A stretch of DNA of 64,000 nucleotides, from NCBI RefSeq assembly GCF_006345805.1, contig NC_042997.1, positions 107,880,001 to 107,944,000 on the forward strand. The letters run 5' to 3'. Positions 51,081 through 63,353 of this stretch are shown in pieces. Position numbers and translations under genes: made by a program. Origin of the DNA: Octopus sinensis. Taxonomy: Eukaryota. The notes below the pieces were generated by a model that ran no database searches, had not been told where the DNA came from, and saw nothing but the letters and a program-made list of their open reading frames with translations. Position 1 is the stretch's first letter; each line of letters starts with the position of its first letter.

Positions 51081-51678
51081 GGATGTACATATGTTTACAT
51101 GGGGATGTGTATGCATGTACATGTGTGTCCACACACATGTAATTGCACACCCACACACGCACACATATCTATTGATGTATGTATGTGTGTGCATATGTAC
51201 ACACAGGTCAAGGCTCAGACGTTATTGAATCTGTGTGAATCTATTATTAAATCCTAAATTTCATGAATGTTTTACATATTTTGATAGTACCTTCGACTGT
51301 TTATATCTGTAATCTTCTGATTAGACATATCCTCTCTGGTTTCGTTAAACCAATTTTGTCAAGACTGGTACGGAAGCAGTTAACCACAAAGTCAAGTGCT
51401 CAAGTAATTATCATCCAGATGGAGTAATTTTAGATCTCATATCAGTCCAGCGAAGATGTTCTCTATTTGATTAAATGTTTTAAGGTTCATAAAATATTCT
51501 GGTAATGAATCTTATGTTGCAGCACAATTATGACTGTAAAACCACGTGTATACACGACCTGCATGTACGTAGGGCGCTTTAGCGCCGATAATGTAACTGA
51601 ATACCGATGGCGAAACACTTGTAAAGATATAGAATAAATGTCTTCGCCTCTTTTTTTTCCTGAATTTAATTAATTGCA

Positions 51679-51710
<32 letters not shown>

Positions 51711-51746
51711 GTATAGATAGATACATATATACATACGTATATGTAT

Positions 51747-51817
<71 letters not shown>

Positions 51818-52106
51818 ATATACACACATAATTAAAGGATAAAATCATTAAAATTAATGAATTTTATCATTGTCTAGCATATAAAAAAATAACCTTTTGG
51901 GTAAAATTCATATATAGAGAGGTATAGTTGTATAGAATACAATTATAATTAAGAGCACAGAAGCTACCATGCCTATATGCTGTAAATAGGCGCCATATAT
52001 ATATATGTTTGTGTTTATGTATATTTCTGTATGTATGTATATATATATGCATTGCATATGTACATGTATGTATATATGTGTGTATATATACATGTACATG
52101 TATATA

Positions 52107-52428
52107 GGCACGTGGATTAGTGGTTAGGGCATTCGGCTCACGATTGTAAGGTCGTGAGTTCGATTCCCGGCGACTCGTTGTGTCCTTGAGCAAGACACTT
52201 TATTTCATGTTGCTCCAGTTTGGCTCAACTGCCAAAAATGAGTTGTACTTGTATTTCAAAGGCCCGGCCTTGTCACACTTTGTGTCACGCTGAATCTCCC
52301 TGAGAACTACGTTAGGTGTACGCGTGTCTGTGGATTGCTCAGTCACTTGCACGTTAATTTCATGAGAAGGCTGTTCCGTTGATTGTATCAGCTGCGACCC
52401 TCGTCGTCGTAACCGACGGAGTGCTCCT
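52107..52428 (+). mobile_element. Family D tRNA-derived SINE
   Basis: GGCACGTGGATTAGTGGTTAGGGCATTCGGCTCACG...GTGAGTTCGATTCCC (A and B boxes), then GTGTCCTTGAGCAAGACACT body. Confidence 0.8.
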
Positions 52429-52448
52429 ATATATATATGTATGTATAT

Positions 52449-52480
<32 letters not shown>

Positions 52481-52615
52481 ATATATACGTATATATACAT
52501 ACACACATATGTATGTATGCATATATATGTATTATGTATATATATATATATGTGTGTGTGTGCGCGAGTATGTGTAAGTGTGAATGCGTGTGTGTGAGTG
52601 TGAATGTGTGTGTGC

Positions 52616-52646
<31 letters not shown>

Positions 52647-52696
52647 TGTATGTATGTATGTATGTATGTATGTATGTATGTATGTATGTATGTATG

Positions 52697-52741
<45 letters not shown>

Positions 52742-52924
52742 CTTTAGTTAAATATATTCAATGAGAATATATACTGAATTTATATTGAGTGCTGTATTGT
52801 ATCAAAGTATTAATACTATTAACGCATTTATGTATTTAATACGAGCGATTATATATATTTTATATAATATATTATTATTCATATCAGGAAATCAATATTA
52901 GAAAATTCTTCAGAAAGATATATA

Positions 52925-54187
52925 CGAGGGACGTTCAATAAGTAATGCTTCTGACCCACTTGCAGTTGTTTGATCTAGCTGAAATGTGCAATCATTTATA
53001 TCTCTATAGAGTAAGTGGCAAATTACAGCTCTGAATTAATTGTGGTTTCTGATTTACAGGTGTTTGAACCGAGTCAAGTGTGAAATGGAGCATGTTGAGT
53101 GTCGAGCAGTGATCCGGTTTTTGTATTTGAAAGGACGCACACTACGGGAGACTTTTGATGAAATGAAAGTAACTTATGGTGATGATGCCCCATCATATGA
53201 CCTTGTAAAACGCTGGCATCGTGAATTCAAACATGGTCGGAACTCTGTGGAAACAGCTCCCAGATCTGGTCGCCCCCTTCTGCCATTGATGAGGCATCTG
53301 TCCGTCAAGTTGAGGCTGCATAATTATTCGCCAAATATCCCATGAGGTCAAGATTAGTACCGGGTCTGTGGAAACTATCATTCATGAACATTTGCATATG
53401 CAAACGGTGTCTGCCAGATGGATTCCCAGGTTGATCACGCCTTTCCAGAAGCAAGAACGCGTCGAGTGCTCGAGGGTGAATTTGGAGATGTGCCAAGAAG
53501 ATGAGTCAAAATTTTTCAAAAGACTGATTACACAGGATGGAACCTGGGTCCATCACGATGATCCAGAGACCAAAGCCCAGTCAATGCAGTGGAAGCACCG
53601 TGACTCACCCCCTCCAAAGAAGGCAAGGTTGCAGCCCTCCGCTGGCAAGGTCATGCTCACAGTCTTCTGGGACCAGGACGGAGTAGTGATGACAGATTTC
53701 GTGGCAAAGGGTACCACAATTGCAGGAGCTATTATGCTTCACTTTTGAGGAAATTAAGAGAAGTTATCAAAATCAAGAGGCGGGGCAAGATCAGCAAAGG
53801 CATCCTCCTCCTGCAGGACAACGCTCCGGTCCACAACTCGCGTGTCGCCAGATCAGAAGCACAGGCGTATGGCTATGAACTCCTCCCCATCCCCCCTACT
53901 TTCCTGACCTTGCACCCTCTGATTTTCACCTCTTCCCAATCATGAAGTTGTTTTTGAAAGGAAAGCGTTTCCCAGATGATGAAGCCTTGATTTCTGAAGT
54001 CACGTTGAGGTTGGAGGACCAAGCTGGGTTCTTCTACAAAAACGGTCTCCAGAGCCGCATCAAACGATGGGAGAAATGCGTAACTCTGGGTGGTTCCTAT
54101 GTAGAAAAAGACTAATAACTGTGCCAAGTTTCGTTGCTCTACTGCTATGGAAGTGGGTCAGGGGCATTACTTATTGAACGCCCCTCG
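52925..54187 (+). mobile_element. Full-length mariner (D,D34D), same family as 37486; TA TSD; transposase pseudogene
   Basis: TIRs CGAGGGACGTTCAATAAGTAATGC / GCATTACTTATTGAACGCCCCTCG; LITQDGTWV, LLQDNAPVHNS; several frameshifts. Confidence 0.95.
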
Positions 54188-54485
54188 TACGTGTGTAAAA
54201 TAATCGTTGTATTAAAAATATAAATATATATAAAAATATATGTAAATACGTATAAGAGTAAATATATAATGTATATGACTGTTTAAAAGTTTTGAATTAA
54301 GTACAGAAGACTAACCAACGAAGTATATATGGATTTAAAGACTCTCATATTAAAGTGTACTTATCAAAATCAAAAGCAGTAATTTTAATTTTTTATTTAT
54401 ATTTCAAACAAACACCATTTTATAGTATTACTTCTAATTTTTAAAAGACTACCATTCGATATGTTATACAAAATTCAAATTTTAT

Positions 54486-54575
54486 ATCTCTGAAGAGCAG
54501 AAGAGTTGTCTATAAATGCTTATCAATATAGGATTTCATTATAGGGACAGCACTTCTGTGAAACGATCGTAACAT
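54486..54575 (+). ncRNA. Type-I hammerhead with long branched helix II
   Basis: atct CTGAAGA GCAGAAG...tgtc..tataaatg...cattatag..gaca..CTTCTGT GAA ACGATCGT A acat; GUA triplet; helix I has one C.C mismatch. Confidence 0.7.
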
Positions 54576-54790
54576 GCTTTAAAAACATAATTCAAAACTT
54601 TTAAACTGTCATATACATTATATATCCATACTTATACATATTTACATATATTTTAATATATATTTATATTTTTAATACAACGTTTATTTTACACACGTAT
54701 ATATCTTTCTGAAGAATTTTCTAATATTGATTTCCTGATATTAATAATATATATATATATATATTATATATATATATATATATCTATATA

Positions 54791-54848
<58 letters not shown>

Positions 54849-54879
54849 AGGGTGAAAAGGAACACACGAGTTGATATAT

Positions 54880-55900
54880 ATGAAAAAACAAGTAAAAAAT
54901 AGAAAATGCTAAAATAATTTTATAGTGAACATTTCAGTACCGGTTTCGGTCATTTTGAGACCTTTTCAACTGTAACGATTAAATAATTAAATTTAGAAAA
55001 ATTAGAAGAAAAGTTTTTTTAAAAGAATATTTCTATAGTAGTGTTCAGATTTAAGTGGCATTCTGCCTTTCTCTGACTCCCTTGTTTGCACTTGTGTGTT
55101 CGAGGTAGTTGTGAGTTCTTGGTAGGGTAGTAGAGGGAAGGCTGGTGAGGAAAGGGGGGTGGGAGAATCTGGGAGTGCCCTGATGGTCGTATTTTGAATG
55201 GTCAGTGGCGGCTGGCAGTCTCAGTTCAATTCAGGAGAATATTTATATTGACAGGCTTGTTTATAGAATTAGCGTAGGTGTTATACTAAAAAACATTAGT
55301 GACAAACTTAAGGGGTAGGGGGTGGAGAAGAAGAAGAAGAAGAAGAAGAGAAGAAGAAGGAGAAGGAGAAGATGACGATGATGGTGATGGTGGTGATGAT
55401 TATGCCGACGTTGATGATGATAATGATGATGATGAAGAAGAAGAAGAAGAAGAAGGAGGAGAAGGAGAAGATGGTGGTGATGATGGTGGTGATGATGATG
55501 ACGCCGATGATGATGATAATGATGATGATGAAGAAGAAGAGGAAGAAGAAGAAGAAGAAAAAAACAGAGAAGGGAGAATATGAATGGGTGTAAATATAGC
55601 TATGAAGGGGCTGATTAGTAATGGATTCTATGGAGTGTAGTATTTGTGATATTTTTTTCTTTTATTCTAAAGTTGAGGTATATTAATTGTTTGTCGTAGA
55701 CCCGTTAAGAAGTGGCTTGTATTTTGTAATAAAGAGATTTTCTTTACTTATTCGTTGTCTCGAGGTTGTATCGTCCCTAAATTGGTAGAGGGGGAAAATT
55801 CTGAAGTTTGGTGTTTTTTTGTTGGCGCAAGTATCTATGTGTTGGCTAAAAGCTATTTTTCTGTTTTGGGGAATTTTTATCTGGGATCTGTGCAGGGCCA
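54880..55900 (-). mobile_element. PLE 3' end (GIY-YIG C-terminus, 3' UTR with trinucleotide expansion, HHR)
   Basis: ALHRSQIKIPQNRKIAFSQHIDTCANKKTPNFRIFPLYQF...KENLFITKYKPLLN*, then a (GAA/GAT)-type tract at 55325-55565 and an HHR at 54932. Confidence 0.75.
54932..54975 (-). ncRNA. Minimal hammerhead, U3-A8 compensatory variant
   Basis: Minus: ttacag TTGAAAA GGTC tcaaaat GACC GAA ACCGGT A ctgaaa; GUA triplet, helix I 5/6 bp. Confidence 0.75.
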
Positions 55901-55903
55901 TTC

Positions 55904-55978
<75 letters not shown>

Positions 55979-55981
55979 TAC

Positions 55982-56358
55982 ATACAAAATAAAAAAGAGT
56001 GAAAAAACTACAGAAGGCTTGTGTTATAAGGTTAAAGAATATATTTAAGTCGTTATGTTAGAAAAATGTTATAAAATTTTTCTGTATAGTAACATAGTTT
56101 TCGGAGAAATAACCGGTTTCGTATTTTCTTTTCAAATTTCTCAAATTTCTTTACCTACATCGTGTCATGTCTTCGCTATGAAGATACGATGTAGGTAAAG
56201 AAATTTGAAAAGAAAATACCAAACCGGTTATTTCTCCCAAAACTATATTACTATACACAATATTTTATAACATTTTTCTAACATGACGACTTAAATATAT
56301 TCTTTAACCTCATAACACATCCCTCTGTAGTTTTTTCACTCTTTTTTTATTTTTTATA
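55982..56358. repeat. Long imperfect inverted repeat (about 185-bp arms, loop GCTAT at 56175-56179)
   Basis: catacaaaataaaaaagagtgaaaaaactacaga...tcttc gctat gaaga...tctgtagttttttcactcttttt. Confidence 0.9.
56104..56142 (-). ncRNA. Ultra-minimal hammerhead, U3-A8 variant; mirror copy at 56198-56236 (+) carries G12C
   Basis: Minus: GAGAAAT TTGAAAA G aaaata C GAA ACCGGT T ATTTCTC; helix I 7 perfect bp, helix II 1 bp, GUU triplet. Confidence 0.65.
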
Positions 56359-56394
56359 CATCCAACCACGTGCTTTCATACACCAACTCTCTCA

Positions 56395-56839
<445 letters not shown>

Positions 56840-56849
56840 TTGGTGGCTT

Positions 56850-57628
56850 GAAACCATGAGTCTGGCGCCAGCGACATATAAATAACAATACAAAGTTGGC
56901 TCTTTTCAAATCATTTGTCTTACCATTCCTGTTGTATTCTTGTGAAACACGTACTTTTTATGAAAGATATTTTAAATTGTTAGAACAATTCAACCAAAAA
57001 TGCCCAAACAACTGTTTTTTGGTGAGCTTGCAGAGGGGAAGCGCTATCGGCGTAAACCTAAAGAAAGGATTTAGCGACGGTATAAGGACTACTATGAAGC
57101 CACTTGGAATGGTTCCAAAAGATATAGAAACCCTTGCTTCGGATCGAGATGGATGGCGAACAAAAGTGTGGAGTAAAGTGAAAGCATTTGCAGAGGCCAG
57201 GATAACACATGCAAAACTCAAGAGAGATTTAAGGAAGAATGTAATGATCGAGAAGGTGAATCACAATGACCTTTTTGTGAGCATAGTTTGTGACAGACCA
57301 TGCCTTTCTTTTGATGGGCTCAAATCTCATTTGCAAACCCATAGAAATTGAACCTCCACCAACTATTCTGCCAATATGTCTGTGCACGCTTTTGAATGCA
57401 GTGTATGCCAGAAGGTTTGCAAATCCAACGGAGGTCCCAAAAGACATTGTAAGATCCACAAAGATCAAACTTTATCTGCAGCTCTTGGTGGTCCAAATCG
57501 CATATACAATCTATGAGAGTGTCTTTTCAAAACATTGTCTAGTTTAAAAAGCCACATCAGATGCCATGATGGTTCTAAGGTGTAGGTATAGGAGATGATC
57601 AAACTCAGCATAAGGAGTAGACAACCAC
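56850..57628 (+). mobile_element. RTE-clade LINE 3' fragment with C2H2-type finger tail
   Basis: [51 protein letters not shown]; CSVCQKVCKSNGGPKRHCKIH; a third decayed finger ending LKSHIRCH. Confidence 0.8.
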
Positions 57629-57629
57629 C

Positions 57630-57688
<59 letters not shown>

Positions 57689-57741
57689 AAATGTACTCGC
57701 AAAGCAAGTAATTTGATCTGAGATCGTGTGCTGAAACGAAA

Positions 57742-58000
57742 ACAATTGCAGCGTGGAAGGTGTTTATAAGCCATTTAAGAAACACACAAAGCCGTTCGAT
57801 TCACTTCAACATTTAAGTTTTTAATTTGTCAAAATATTTTCGTCGCTAAAAGAGATGCAGCACGGATTTTTGTCAGTGAACAGGTCGCGGATTTTAGCGA
57901 CGAAAATATTTTGACAAATTAAACTTAAATGTTGAAGTGAATCGAACGGCTTTTGTGTGTTTCTTAAATGGCTTATAAACACCTTCCACGCTGCAATTGT
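57742..58000. repeat. Inverted repeat, about 110-bp arms, 40-nt spacer (57852-57891)
   Basis: acaattgcagcgtggaagg...ttcgtcgctaaaa / ttttagcgacgaa...ccttccacgctgcaattgt. Confidence 0.9.
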
Positions 58001-58472
58001 ATATATATATAAATATATGGCACAACTCTCGTATTGCATTACTAATTTTATTGAAACTTCTTCACCGTTCTCGTTCTGTTAGCCTTTTGGCGTTTCAGTC
58101 GAGTGTATTGGCATTAATGTGGTAACATCTGAAATGTTGTCGTGGTATATGTTTGGCTGATGAAGATAGATCAAGTATATGTGTGCAGGCATATCTTGAA
58201 AAATCTGAAACCGGCTCCGGTCCCACATTATCCTTTTCTAGGTATTTCATCTTTCAGATGTTCTCCCTGGAGGTAAGACAAGTTTGTTGCACTCACGCAT
58301 TTTTGCTAGTACATACGCGGTGAAGCTATACATTAGCGTCGTATTATTACGTTCGCTATTTCCAGTAAATATCGGTACTTCGTTGTGCCATATATTTACT
58401 TCTATGTATAATTTTCCCTCACGGGCTATTCTTTACTGGAAAAGCAATACTCTCGTATTGCATTACTAATTT

Positions 58473-58544
<72 letters not shown>

Positions 58545-58556
<12 letters not shown>

Positions 58557-60068
58557 TCTAGTTGTGTGAGTGTCTGTCCCCTTCGATTTAGATTCCTAAC
58601 TCCTCCCACATTTTGCGGTGCAGTTTAACTAAATTCGGGTATCTTATAGTCGTGATTCATATCGAGCCCGTCTGACAATTAGCGCGCGTCAACGATGAGT
58701 CTACGATTTTAAAAATAATTTAACATCATTTTTTATTCCATTTTAATGCATAAAATGCATCGTATGTCGATGGCGGCGGAGTTGGCGTCCACGCTCACAG
58801 CTGCACCTGTTTGCTTCTCCCCCTTCCCTCCCTCGTGAAGCTGTGGGGAAGGGAGTGTAAAGAAATCAACGTCGTAATGCGTTGTGAAGGAAACCAGCGT
58901 TCTTTTAGAACAACGACTTCATGGCTTGAAGACACCAAAACAAAAATGGCTAAGAAAGCCCGAATTTATAAGGGAAGTAACTCTCTAAAAATGCTTATAT
59001 AGTTATTTCCCTTACAAACCCGAGCAACGCCGGGCGATACTGCTAGTATATATATAAAACTGTAGTTGTGTGAGTGTCTGTCCCCTTCGATTTAGATTCC
59101 TAACTACTCCCACATTTTGCGGTGCAGTTTAACTAAATTCGGGTATCTTATAGTCGTGATTCATATCGAGCCCGTCTGAGTATTAGCGCGCGTCTACGAT
59201 GAGTCTACGATTTTTAAAATAATTTAACATCATTTTTTATTCCATTTTAATGCATAATTTTTCGTGTGTCGATGGCGGCGGAGTTGGCGTCCATGGTCAC
59301 ACCTGCACCTGTTTGCTTCTCCCCCTTCTTCCCTCCCTCGTGAAGCTGTGGGGATGGGAGTGTAAGGAAATCAACGTCGTAAAGCGTTGTCAAGGAGACC
59401 AGCGTTCTTTTAGAACAACGACTTCGTGGCTTGAAGACACCAAAACAGAAATGGCTAAGAAAGCCCGAATTGGCATCTATAAGGGAAGTAACTCTCTAAA
59501 AATGCTTATATAGTTATTTCCCGTACAAACCCGAGCAACGCCGGGCGATACTGCTAGTATATATATAAAACTGTAGTTGTGTGAGTGTCTGTCCCCTTCG
59601 ATTTAGATTCCTAACTACTCCCACATTTTGCGGTGCAGTTTAACTAAATTCGGGTATCTTATAGTCGTGATTCATATCGAGCCCGTCTGAGTATTAGCGC
59701 GCGTCTACGATGAGTCTACGATTTTTAAAATAATTTAACATCATTTTTTATTCCATTTTAATGCATAATTTTTCGTGTGTCGATGGCGGCGGAGTTGGCG
59801 TCCATGGTCACACCTGCACCTGTTTGCTTCTCCCCCTTCTTCCCTCCCTCGTGAAGCTGTGGGGATGGGAGTGTAAGGAAATCAACGTCGTAAAGCGTTG
59901 TCAAGGAGACCAGCGTTCTTTTAGAACAACGACTTCGTGGCTTGAAGACACCAAAACAGAAATGGCTAAGAAAGCCCGAATTGGCATCTATAAGGGAAGT
60001 AACTCTCTAAAAATGCTTATATAGTTATTTCCCGTACAAACCCGAGCAACGCCGGGCGATACTGCTAG
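58545..60068 (+). mobile_element. Head-to-tail array of three non-autonomous Helitron-like units (periods 504 and 511 bp)
   Basis: Each unit ends in a CCCG agcaacgc CGGG hairpin, 8 nt, then CTAG (59046, 59557, 60068) followed by T. No TSD or TIR. Units 2 and 3 appear identical; unit 1 is diverged. Confidence 0.75.
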
Positions 60069-60100
<32 letters not shown>

Positions 60101-60944
60101 CGTATGCATATATTTTGGTGTGTGTATGTGACATGTTTCAAAGTCCTTAGAGATACCATGGCTTCGTTATCAACTCTGGTTCATTCCATGATCAAAGACC
60201 TAAAAGTCTTTCAAGGGATCCATTGTGCTCTTTGTTTCAGACGGAAAGTTGCAATGGGGAGAAAATTTAACTACTGTTTTAGCATGTCGAGCAGCCTCCA
60301 AAATATTTGGCCATATTTACCACAATATATGTAGTGGTTTATTTGACAGGAACTATATTTTCTAATTTACACAAGTCACATGTTTCATCCACTGAAATAT
60401 CTGTTTCTCTGTTCGCACTTAATATTTAAATTTTGAAATAGCTGCATGAAGACTGTTTAGGATGCGTTACTATGATGTCTCTAGAAGAGGGTTAAATGAA
60501 ACAAAATAGCCGTAAAGTGAGAACGACGGAATATGAAAAGCTGTAATTCTCGAATGCTATTTACTGCAAATTAATTTAATTGAATGAAACACTTCACAAT
60601 GAGAAAGATATTTATTACATGTTAACAAGTCTTTCCTGTTTATAATTGGCAATGAAATAAAATCTAAGCATAAACCGTTCAAGGAAAGCCATTTCTAAGT
60701 TTGGTGAGTCTTCGACCCCCAAAACCACGTTACTCTGAAAGGAAATGCCAACGTCTTGCTTTTGTATTTTGTCTTCCTTTTTCACTCACTATTTCTCTGG
60801 CTGAAATTCTATAAGCCTCTGTGGGTGGACACACATACACGCAAACATGCATACGTATGTACGTAAGCACACACACACAAACACACACATATGTATATAT
60901 ATGCATGTATATGTGTATTGAAATATGTGTGTATCTTTTATCTT

Positions 60945-61112
60945 CTAGTCATTTCAGACTTTGAACTGCAGCCATACTGGGGCACCGTCTTGAAGGATTC
61001 TAGCCGAATTGACCCCAGTACTTACTATTCTAAAGTCTGGTACCTATTCTATCGGTCTTTTTTCTCGAGACGCTAAGTTACTAAGACGCAAATAAGCCAA
61101 TACCGGTTGTCA
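60945..61112 (-). mobile_element. Family A SINE, 3' part
   Basis: Reverse complement of the GCCCCAGTATGGCTGCAG...GACTAGAAG tail region. Confidence 0.65.
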
Positions 61113-61658
61113 ATACCGGGTTGTTAAGCTCTAATACGGTTAGCTCTCCACATTTCATCATTTCATCTTTGAACCTCTCTGCATTAAGATCTGAAATGTA
61201 AGATATCTACCATTATGACGGAGGCTCGTCTTATCCGCGTATTGTGATGAACTAAATCTACTAACATTATTATGGATCGCCTAGCTCCCAGAAACAGCTG
61301 TTGGACTTATAATCTCCTTCTTCCACCCCCTTATGTTTCTCTGTCGTTTGTTCTCTGTGTAAGTTTCATCTATTAATATAAACATCTGCATAGTTGTACT
61401 TAAAAATTCATCATCTGAAAGTTTCCACCTCTTGCTTTCTCACGTTTTGCATGTATACACATATTTATACATATTGTTTAATATATTTAATATATTTGAT
61501 GTATCTGATTCCTTTATCCGCGTAATTGCTTCTACACCCGCTCAACTTGGTCTCTCTTATGGCCTTTCTTTACCTGAAAAGACATCGGAGTCTAAGTTTG
61601 AATCTTTTGAGCACTACAAAGTGTCTTCTGTACGAAGAATCTCTGGATCTCATCTACG

Positions 61659-61696
<38 letters not shown>

Positions 61697-61836
61697 TATA
61701 TATTAATCAATTAAGGTAGTAAAAAATTCGATAGAAATTTATCACTACCAGCGGCCCAGTGGAAAAGAAAAATAGTCATGAGACTAAAATGTAAATATAT
61801 AACAATTTAGGAATGGCCTGTTAAGGCCATTCCATT

Positions 61837-61870
<34 letters not shown>

Positions 61871-61874
61871 TATA

Positions 61875-61934
<60 letters not shown>

Positions 61935-62347
61935 CCCTTTTACTTGTTTCAGTCATTTGACTGTGGCCATGCTGGAGCACCGCCTTTAGTCGAGCTAATC
62001 GACCCCAGGACTTATTCTTTGTAAGCCTAGTACTTATTCTATCGGTCTCTTTTGCCGAACCGCTAAGTTACGGGGACGTAAACACACCAGCATTGGTTGT
62101 CAAGCGATGTTGGGGGGACAAACAAAGACACACAAACTTATACACACACATACATGTATATATATATATATATATACATATATACGACGGGCTTCTTTCA
62201 GTTTCCGTCTACCAAATCCACTCACAAGGCTTTGGTCGGCCCAAAGCTATAGTAGAAGACACTTGCCCAAGGTGCCACGCAGTGGGACTGAACCCAGAAC
62301 CATGTGGTTGGTGAGCAAGCTACTTACCACACAGCCACTCCTACACC

Positions 62348-62348
<1 letters not shown>
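61935..62348 (-). mobile_element. Family A SINE, full length, well preserved
   Basis: Reverse complement GGTGTAGGAGTGGCTGTGTGGTAAGTAGCTTGCTCACC...GGGTTCAGTCCCACTGCGTGGCACCTTGGGCAAGTG...GAAACAAGTAAAAG. Confidence 0.9.
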
Positions 62349-62421
<73 letters not shown>

Positions 62422-63022
62422 GCGTAAGTGTGTGTATTGGTCTGGGGTTCCTCCTGAGCAAATGTCTTCATGAGCAATCGTGGGCGCTCTCGAACACTAT
62501 CCCCTCTGAAAGAGAAGGAAAACTCTTATCATGAAAAATCGTGTTCCACGCTGAAATGGTCTGCTAGAAACGACGCCGTACTGTTTTGCGTATAGACCAG
62601 TAAAATCGGCCAAAATTAATATTCACAATTTAGTCTACAATTGATTACGACATCTGGCACATCCCACATCATGGACCTATATAGGCAACGTCGATTTGAT
62701 GGAGGGACTGAGCTAACCTACAGGTCAAACATTATCATTATAAACAAGTCACCTGTGTAGTTGTTCAGCAAACCGGAGGATCAATACGATCTTGCGTTTT
62801 TGATTAATGAACCCACAACTGTCATTTAAGACAGGAGGATCGAACACATGCGCGCGCACGCACGCATACACACACACGCACACGCACACTCACACTCACA
62901 CATTGTTTTAACTAGCAAGATATCTGACGTGTAATCGTACTGTGTTGTACTTTCCGAAGGCATTTTGCGAATAAGATATCACGCACTCCTTGATTTTCGC
63001 TTATTATTATCATTATTATTTA

Positions 63023-63284
63023 GGCGACGAGTTGCAGAATCATTAGCATGTTAGACAGAATACTCAGCGGTATTTTGCCCCTCATTACGTTCTGAGTTCA
63101 AATTCCGCTGAGACCGACTTTGCCTTTCATCCTTTCGTAGTCGATAAATTAAGTACCAGTTGCGTACTGAGGTCGATATGGCCCCCTCCCACAAAATTTC
63201 AGTCCTTGTGTCTATAGCAGAAAGGATTATAATAATAATAATAATAATAATAATCATAATAATAATAATAATATAATAATAATA

Positions 63285-63350
<66 letters not shown>
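63023..63350 (+). mobile_element. Family B SINE with long (AAT)n tail
   Basis: GGCGACGAGTTGCAGAATCATTAGC...GAGTTCAAATTCCGCTGAG...; tail 63228-63350. Confidence 0.85.

Positions 63351-63351
<1 letters not shown>

Positions 63352-63353
<2 letters not shown>

Larger units (their letters stand above)
52880..54750. mobile_element. PLE-type end with long inverted arms; left arm split by mariner, HHR in the spacer
   Basis: 52880-52924 plus 54190-54300 are the reverse complement of about 54588-54750. Confidence 0.75.

Noticed and set aside
52107-52180. tRNA-like sequences here and at other SINE heads
   Set aside because: A and B boxes are present but there is no complete cloverleaf, and each continues into a SINE body; not tRNA genes.
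55299-55593. Acidic D/E-rich ORF
   Set aside because: Duplicated GAA/GAT/GGT trinucleotide tract antisense within a PLE 3' UTR; the start codon is non-ATG.
57841-57905. Possible HHR in the fold-back spacer
   Set aside because: The core cannot be fitted (CTAAAAGA, no GAAA).
59250-60024. Two identical 87-aa ORFs
   Set aside because: Non-ATG starts, no recognisable domain; a by-product of the Helitron-like tandem duplication.
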